A stretch of 64,000 nt of DNA from positions 32,565,678-32,629,677 of the forward strand of contig CM074523.1 in NCBI GenBank assembly GCA_037379345.1, written 5' to 3'. Position numbers and translations under genes: made by a program. Positions 63,501 through 64,000 of this stretch are shown here, one piece after another (within the stretch, counting starts at the first letter, position 1; each line of letters begins with the position of its first letter). This DNA is from Perna viridis (Eukaryota). Below the pieces are notes generated by a model. It made no database searches. It saw only the letters and a program-made list of their open reading frames with translations, and had not been told where the DNA came from.

Positions 63501-63736
63501 TGTTTAGCATCTCTAGCTCAGCAAAGTGCTTTATCTATTGTCCAAGCCTATTCGATGTTGGTATGATATACATTTATATCATTATTATAGCTGATGCAGT
63601 GGACCTAAAGAGTGATGATTTCTGGGACTATGACAAACAGGTCGACTTAGAAGCCTTCAACACCAGGGCACTGTACGATACCTTGTCTAAACAGTCCAAC
63701 AAGGTTACACAGACAATTGGCAGACAGAAGGATGAG
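262..63736 (+). CDS. Giant cysteine-rich GCC2/GCC3 (ephrin-receptor-like) repeat single-pass membrane protein; partial multi-exon gene, 74 exons in window
   Basis: 74 exons with AG/GT boundaries and compatible phases, total 16,742 nt = 2 + 3x5,580. Recurrent CPxG(Y/F/H)YCPxG and CPxGT(Y/F)N motifs and many NxS/T sequons. TM helix WAIIFIILGAALLAMVIMMIALVLF followed by RK. Both ends lie outside the window. Confidence 0.93.
795..956 (+). CDS. exon w2
   Basis: phase 1-1; GHHCPSGSHEP..SVCAL. Confidence 0.9.
1209..1377 (+). CDS. exon w3
   Basis: phase 1-2; GYYCPDGTKYD..VCAAG. Confidence 0.9.
1966..2144 (+). CDS. exon w4
   Basis: phase 2-1; YFCKQGAITG..SNCTA. Confidence 0.9.
2358..3254. mobile_element. 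non-autonomous Tc1/mariner-superfamily element (CCGTA termini, Tc2-like)
   Basis: TA|CCGTATTCTTCTGTGTAT ... ATACATGGAAGAATACGA|TA inverted termini; more CpG than the flanks; no transposase. Confidence 0.7.
3663..3932 (+). CDS. exon w5
   Basis: phase 1-1; GYFCERLALL..GLCKE. Confidence 0.9.
4442..4557 (+). CDS. exon w6
   Basis: phase 1-0; GYYCPDGTVNRE..RNNTE. Confidence 0.88.
4853..5090 (+). CDS. exon w7
   Basis: phase 0-1; NNHTHAVECYPC..LTTWS. Confidence 0.88.
5431..5664 (+). CDS. exon w8
   Basis: phase 1-1; GKCAAGHWCMQG..DQCPQ. Confidence 0.9.
6287..6451 (+). CDS. exon w9
   Basis: phase 1-1; GYYCPQGTANY..ISCT. Confidence 0.9.
6764..7045 (+). CDS. exon w10
   Basis: phase 1-1; GGYYCDINGL..DGTT. 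Confidence 0.9.
7294..8097 (+). CDS. exon w11 (largest, 804 nt)
   Basis: phase 1-1; GNICPEGAYC..DLCQA. Confidence 0.92.
8347..8529 (+). CDS. exon w12
   Basis: phase 1-1; GYYCPSKADI..YCPNP; weak GTCAAT donor. Confidence 0.87.
9075..9202 (+). CDS. exon w13
   Basis: phase 1-0; GMTDTGYPCWGG..SEIYK. Confidence 0.88.
9532..9676 (+). CDS. exon w14
   Basis: phase 0-1; QCTDGTYTST..YYCPQ. Confidence 0.88.
10145..10291 (+). CDS. exon w15
   Basis: phase 1-1; GTGSDWMPCP..GECTA. Confidence 0.9.
11185..12540 (-). pseudogene. Tigger/pogo (CENP-B-like) transposase pseudogene: HTH_psq, CENP-B HTH and DDE_1-type domain
   Basis: ORF 12508..11894 (SQKSLSEKFGVGKTTVSDILK; FKASNGWLEKFKSRH; IFNCDETGLY) and ORF 11925..11185 (DNASS..FLPANTTSHLQSLDQGIIKAFKARYR) are in different frames. 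A probable true ATG at 12540 is also out of frame. Confidence 0.9.
12667..12828. repeat. 54-bp tandem repeat x3 in the transposon 5' region
   Basis: AATAGAACACAAGCGGTCGGCACAAC.. at 12667, 12721, 12775. Confidence 0.95.
13398..13673 (+). CDS. exon w16
   Basis: phase 1-1; GYYCTSGVDRP..TPCPI. Confidence 0.9.
13912..14139. mobile_element. MITE with (C/T)TGTGRAAGTA..TACTTTCACAG termini and TA flanks; second, 5'-eroded copy at ~1646-1829
   Basis: Both copies share CCCACAAAAACCAC and end in TACTTTCACAG|TA. Confidence 0.6.
14393..14644 (+). CDS. exon w17
   Basis: phase 1-1; GNYCPNGTQH..YYCPE. Confidence 0.9.
15090..15392 (+). CDS. exon w18
   Basis: phase 1-1; GSSDPQPCPG..LTTTN. Confidence 0.9.
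15912..16160 (+). CDS. exon w19
   Basis: phase 1-1; GNCSAGYYCP..YYCPP. Confidence 0.9.
16176..17050 (+). mobile_element. Helentron-associated (HINE/DINE-1-like) non-autonomous element
   Basis: 5' AGGTGAGCT then CGTCTGTCGTTG; tandem ~300-bp core starting TCTTCTCCTCTGAAACTACTT; 3' CAGGTGAG plus GC hairpin AGGCTCCTGGGGGCCT before a T-tract; related copies at 28740-30636. Family name is from recalled structure, not a search. Confidence 0.7.
17078..17362. mobile_element. Tigger-type MITE
   Basis: TA|CAGTTAAACCTGTC ... GACAGGTTTCACTG|TA with internal degenerate AAACCTG/AAACCCTGAAT repeats; eroded relatives near 21615-21770 and 42165-42305. Confidence 0.75.
17513..17876. mobile_element. Tigger-type MITE interrupted by a Kolobok-like MITE
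   Basis: TA|CAGTGAAACC ... GGTTCCACTG|TA. Confidence 0.7.
17590..17803. mobile_element. Kolobok-like MITE, copy 1 (nested)
   Basis: 31-bp TIR GGAGGTAGACCTAGGGTAAGGGACATAACTC; flanks TTGA / TTAA. Confidence 0.8.
17950..18171 (+). CDS. exon w20
   Basis: phase 1-1; GTERGNQWPC..NICPQ. Confidence 0.9.
18812..18958 (+). CDS. exon w21
   Basis: phase 1-1; GSFCPLGTTT..LLDNE. Confidence 0.88.
19240..19471. mobile_element. ~230-bp MITE (CATACCTGTTAACC-type termini), copy 1; other copies at 40885-41134 and 42694-42935
   Basis: Three alignable copies with inverted termini ATACCTGTTAACC..GGTTAACAGGTAT; no clean TSD seen. Confidence 0.7.
19647..19762 (+). CDS. exon w22
   Basis: phase 1-0; GPCNAGYYCV..VRCPE. 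Confidence 0.88.
20025..20354. mobile_element. unclassified MITE with 19-bp TIRs
   Basis: AATAGGGTATGTAAGTCTC ... GGGACTTACATACCCTATT. Confidence 0.6.
20467..20744 (+). CDS. exon w23
   Basis: phase 0-2; GTFNPYTGLN..CPAGW. Confidence 0.9.
21127..21551 (+). CDS. exon w24
   Basis: phase 2-1; YCQQGTVIGQ..YYCLQ. Confidence 0.9.
21896..22394. repeat. 45-bp minisatellite, ~11 copies
   Basis: AATGTTGTAATAGATAATAGCATTGTGACATC(A/G)TTACTCATGACA. Confidence 0.97.
22782..22985 (+). CDS. exon w25
   Basis: phase 1-1; GAEDYAATPC..GKCQA. Confidence 0.9.
23218..23388 (+). CDS. exon w26
   Basis: phase 1-1; GWYCTLNSTS..NNCTA. Confidence 0.9.
23919..24201 (+). CDS. exon w27
   Basis: phase 1-2; GYYCILKASA..PTEYN. 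Confidence 0.9.
24507..24757 (+). CDS. exon w28
   Basis: phase 2-1; CPIGHYCPEG..FNNRT. Confidence 0.9.
24938..25075 (+). CDS. exon w29
   Basis: phase 1-1; GLQTVSDCTP..STPNQ. Confidence 0.9.
25496..25685 (+). CDS. exon w30
   Basis: phase 1-2; GDDANICPEG..PCSEG. Confidence 0.9.
26205..26386 (+). CDS. exon w31
   Basis: phase 2-1; YYCEIASNHS..YCNDT. Confidence 0.9.
26768..27008. repeat. 23/24-bp minisatellite, 10 copies
   Basis: CCAATCAGATGACATGTTATAT(C/GT). Confidence 0.97.
27097..27321 (+). CDS. exon w32
   Basis: phase 1-1; GLFTYTGDCD..EEVIQ. Confidence 0.9.
27405..27790. repeat. interspersed repeat, probable retroelement-derived fragment; related pieces at ~4170-4330 (inverted), ~24300-24400 and ~44136-44195
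   Basis: Shared GTAATCAAGG..AACCAAGGTTATAGCGGTAATCAA..GAATGTAATC and CAGGTGC..C....AG.GTAAGC motifs. Confidence 0.55.
28117..28454 (+). CDS. exon w33
   Basis: phase 1-0; GNSTSGYRLC..PGTYQ. Confidence 0.9.
28740..30636 (+). mobile_element. compound array of HINE/DINE-1-like Helentron elements (28740-29472 and 29615-30636, with a core fragment between)
   Basis: Both start TTTAGC(C/T)CACCTG and end CAGGTGA..+GC hairpin; internal tandem cores of ~160 bp and ~310-325 bp. Confidence 0.72.
30853..31018 (+). CDS. exon w34
   Basis: phase 0-1; DQENQARCKP..FNNLT. Confidence 0.9.
31377..31691 (+). CDS. exon w35
   Basis: phase 1-1; GQANDSACEP..PTGTG. Confidence 0.9.
32290..32469 (+). CDS. exon w36
   Basis: phase 1-1; GDRCPPGYYC..GDCDA. 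Confidence 0.9.
32663..32995 (+). CDS. exon w37
   Basis: phase 1-1; GYYCPEGQIV..CSDCL. Confidence 0.9.
33010..33290. repeat. 33-bp minisatellite, ~9 copies, just 3' of the exon w37 donor
   Basis: TTTATTGTACCCCTACTCTTTATGTGCTATTAC. Confidence 0.95.
33788..34021 (+). CDS. exon w38
   Basis: phase 1-1; GGYYCTSGTT..TPCTK. Confidence 0.9.
34204..34592 (+). repeat. interspersed repeat with two ~160-bp cores, probably a second HINE-like family
   Basis: GGAAGTTA..GCCCTTGGACTTAGAAAA duplicated at ~34343 and ~34503; ends GGGGGACAT. Confidence 0.45.
34617..34904 (+). CDS. exon w39
   Basis: phase 1-1; GSYCNDTALT..YYCPE. Confidence 0.9.
35185..35320 (+). CDS. exon w40
   Basis: phase 1-2; GSDQHNEIIC..ICPNG; donor GTTAGT is duplicated downstream. 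Confidence 0.87.
35286..36407 (+). repeat. 61-bp minisatellite derived from the 3' end and donor of exon w40
   Basis: unit ACAGGACTGGGGAAT(G/A)GCAGTGTGAC(G/A)TCTGTCTGGATGGGTTAGTACATGTATATACTTC; 14 full units, 4 short variants, plus degenerate end copies. Confidence 0.97.
36851..37001 (+). CDS. exon w41
   Basis: phase 2-0; FYCLPENVTA..TNIYM. Confidence 0.88.
38105..38285 (+). CDS. exon w42
   Basis: phase 0-1; LTHCTDCDGG..IGGHT. Confidence 0.88.
38900..39239 (+). CDS. exon w43
   Basis: phase 1-2; GYGDVCPPGY..AGNCS. Confidence 0.9.
39693..39871 (+). CDS. exon w44
   Basis: phase 2-1; AGWYCTEAST..GICLA. Confidence 0.9.
40163..40342 (+). CDS. exon w45
   Basis: phase 1-1; GYYCNISAFI..VICTK. Confidence 0.9.
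40557..40858. mobile_element. fold-back element / MITE with ~130-bp inverted arms
   Basis: AATTTGGAATTATTTTGGA..GGTTAGTCATGCCGTCATGACTAAGGGA mirrored by TCCCTTAGTCATGCCAGCATGACTAACC..TCCAAAATAATTCCAAATT. Confidence 0.75.
41611..41783 (+). CDS. exon w46
   Basis: phase 1-0; GKYCGSYGLE..SGTYQ. Confidence 0.9.
42373..42550 (+). CDS. exon w47
   Basis: phase 0-1; DEPIQSTCKT..FNNRT. Confidence 0.9.
42913..43097. repeat. 30-bp minisatellite x6 grown from a MITE right terminus
   Basis: TGTTCCAAGGTTAACAGGTATGATTCAGAC. Confidence 0.9.
43731..43868 (+). CDS. exon w48
   Basis: phase 1-1; GLNSTHECSE..TTPSL. Confidence 0.9.
44464..44619 (+). CDS. exon w49
   Basis: phase 1-1; GSLADRCSAG..YCNET. Confidence 0.88.
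44953..45201 (+). CDS. exon w50
   Basis: phase 1-1; GLTAVVGQCL..GPCKE. Confidence 0.9.
45600..45752 (+). CDS. exon w51
   Basis: phase 1-1; GYYCPTKSSV..SVCPE. Confidence 0.9.
45927..46121 (+). CDS. exon w52
   Basis: phase 1-1; GYYCIPELSI..GQYCE. Confidence 0.9.
46541..47043 (+). CDS. exon w53
   Basis: phase 1-0; GTNLTSPTGD..SDASQ. Confidence 0.9.
47706..48054 (+). CDS. exon w54
   Basis: phase 0-1; PTLTGGQCLA..GQCDA. Confidence 0.9.
48258..48416 (+). CDS. exon w55
   Basis: phase 1-1; GFYCPPGQTQ..KICTE. Confidence 0.9.
48590..49091. repeat. 54-bp minisatellite, ~9-10 copies with shorter variants
   Basis: AGATATATATAGGTCT(G/A)CAGAAGACATACTCCACAATAGAAGCAGATATACAGC. Confidence 0.96.
49672..49903 (+). 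CDS. exon w56
   Basis: phase 1-2; GYYCDNSIEP..LCFPG. Confidence 0.9.
50058..50871. mobile_element. non-autonomous hAT element, copy 1
   Basis: TIRs CAAGAGTCCAGAAA / TTTCCGGATCCATG; 8-bp TSD CTCCCAAT / CTCCTGAT. Confidence 0.85.
51098..51297 (+). CDS. exon w57
   Basis: phase 2-1; YYCNGSTIDP..ASSKN. Confidence 0.9.
51594..51764 (+). CDS. exon w58
   Basis: phase 1-1; GHSLPCDAGY..PSVGL. Confidence 0.88.
52280..52405 (+). CDS. exon w59
   Basis: phase 1-1; GECLPCLEGT..IPCPI. Confidence 0.88.
52378..52543 (+). repeat. 43-bp tandem copies of the exon w59 3' end plus donor
   Basis: TATAATGATGG(C/T)ATACCTTGTCCAATAG|GTGAGTAAAAT x4, the second copy degenerate. Confidence 0.92.
53078..53278 (+). CDS. 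exon w60
   Basis: phase 1-1; GSYNPHEGLS..YYCEE. Confidence 0.88.
53950..54207 (+). CDS. exon w61
   Basis: phase 1-1; GTVSATLCPR..VACPP. Confidence 0.9.
54395..54720. repeat. degenerate ~31-bp minisatellite x~10 upstream of the exon w62 acceptor
   Basis: ACTCACTGTTCCATTTTACACATACAGATTT. Confidence 0.85.
54747..54959 (+). CDS. exon w62
   Basis: phase 1-1; GKYQPYSGSI..KACPA. Confidence 0.9.
55077..55947. mobile_element. non-autonomous hAT element, copy 2
   Basis: TIRs CAAGGGTCTGGAAA / TTTCCGGATCCATG; 8-bp TSD TTTAATAC / TTTAACAC; colinear with copy 1. Confidence 0.87.
56059..56269. mobile_element. Kolobok-like MITE, copy 2
   Basis: TTAA|GGAGGTAGACCTAGGGTAAGGGAC ... GTCCCTTACCCTAGGTCTACCTCC|TTAA; RR..YY termini with TTAA duplication. 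Confidence 0.85.
56341..56481 (+). CDS. exon w63
   Basis: phase 1-1; GVYCTGGRIT..YYCPE. Confidence 0.9.
56842..57202 (+). CDS. exon w64
   Basis: phase 1-2; GTTDKLTCVP..NGTYR. Confidence 0.9.
57586..57875 (+). CDS. exon w65
   Basis: phase 2-1; ADVAAADLSD..NMTDA. Confidence 0.9.
58183..58437 (+). CDS. exon w66
   Basis: phase 1-1; GAIEPIMCPL..YLCPA. Confidence 0.9.
58672..58895 (+). CDS. exon w67 (end of Cys-repeat stalk)
   Basis: phase 1-0; GYYCPQNSSS..GRDFQ. Confidence 0.9.
59453..59614 (+). CDS. exon w68
   Basis: phase 0-0; ESDRTCPCGA..YCSNY. Confidence 0.87.
59750..59988. repeat. ~41-bp minisatellite x6
   Basis: GTATACTCAGGGTTGTGTAATACCCGTCGTCACAGCCAC. Confidence 0.9.
60259..60447 (+). 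CDS. exon w69
   Basis: phase 0-0; VCKAGGYIGF..NDSIS. Confidence 0.87.
60585..60958 (+). CDS. exon w70 (contains RRRLL)
   Basis: phase 0-2; HEITSDNLLT..PVYDI. Confidence 0.87.
61328..61490 (+). CDS. exon w71
   Basis: phase 2-0; NNLFNTNGNF..VNKKM. Confidence 0.87.
61705..61893 (+). CDS. exon w72 (transmembrane helix)
   Basis: phase 0-0; YIRVMAQNSV..WAIIFIILGAALLAMVIMMIAL. Confidence 0.88.
62360..62533. repeat. 33-bp minisatellite x5
   Basis: TTGATCTGTCAGCAATCATTCAATCAGCGGTCA. Confidence 0.9.
62940..63138 (+). CDS. exon w73 (cytoplasmic tail start)
   Basis: phase 0-1; VLFRKYGWTK..LAILD. Confidence 0.87.
63591..63736 (+). CDS. exon w74 (cytoplasmic)
   Basis: phase 1-0; ADAVDLKSDD..RQKDE. 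Confidence 0.86.
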
Positions 63737-63861
63737 GTATATTTAGAGCTAAAATATGAGACTGGTAACAATAGAGATCTTTAGGGAAAATTAAAAAATT
63801 GGTATTTGAGTGAAATATGCAGCAACTATGGTTCAACTGTACAAAATATATATAGGCAGAT

Positions 63862-64000
63862 CAAGGTTTCGGACAGCCCATGCTGGTCATTTTATCAAAT
63901 TTCAGCAGACGTTCGTGTCAGTATTTTACATGCTCATATCGAAAATAAACTTTAACTAATAAAAAAAAACATTTATGCAGTTATTTTATGATAAATATTG
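63862..64000. mobile_element. non-autonomous hAT element, copy 3 (cut by window edge)
   Basis: CAAGG..GACAGCCCATGCTGG.CATTTTATCAAA.TTCAGCAGACG matches the left end of copies 1 and 2. Confidence 0.8.

Noticed and set aside
262-63736. Naming the gene SCUBE, SVEP1, MEGF, an ephrin receptor or a furin-like protease
   Set aside because: Only the Cys-repeat type is shared; no CUB, sushi, vWA, EGF array, kinase or subtilase domain is visible, so no symbol is given.

Overview
AT-rich animal genomic DNA. The repeat families resemble those of bivalve molluscs, but that is an inference. The whole window lies inside one + strand gene, with neither start nor stop codon present. I traced 74 consecutive GT-AG exons by hand (262..63736, 16,742 coding nt, about 5,580 codons) whose splice phases chain without a break. 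They encode a giant type-I membrane protein: about 5,100 aa of Cys-rich GCC2/GCC3 (ephrin-receptor-like, CPxGxYC) repeats organised into a hidden ~683-aa super-repeat (at least 6 full copies), a non-repetitive juxtamembrane region with an RRRLL motif, one TM helix and the start of a Tyr-rich cytoplasmic tail. Introns hold an internally deleted pogo/Tigger transposon, non-autonomous hAT, Kolobok-like, Tc1/mariner and Helentron/HINE-like elements, and many minisatellites. The most unusual non-coding signal is that several intronic repeats are copies of the adjacent exon/intron boundary. One of them (35.3-36.4 kb) is an array of 14 potential in-frame 36-nt micro-exons, each with its own AG and GT. 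No rRNA, tRNA or CRISPR array was seen. All coordinates and counts were read by eye and no database search was run.
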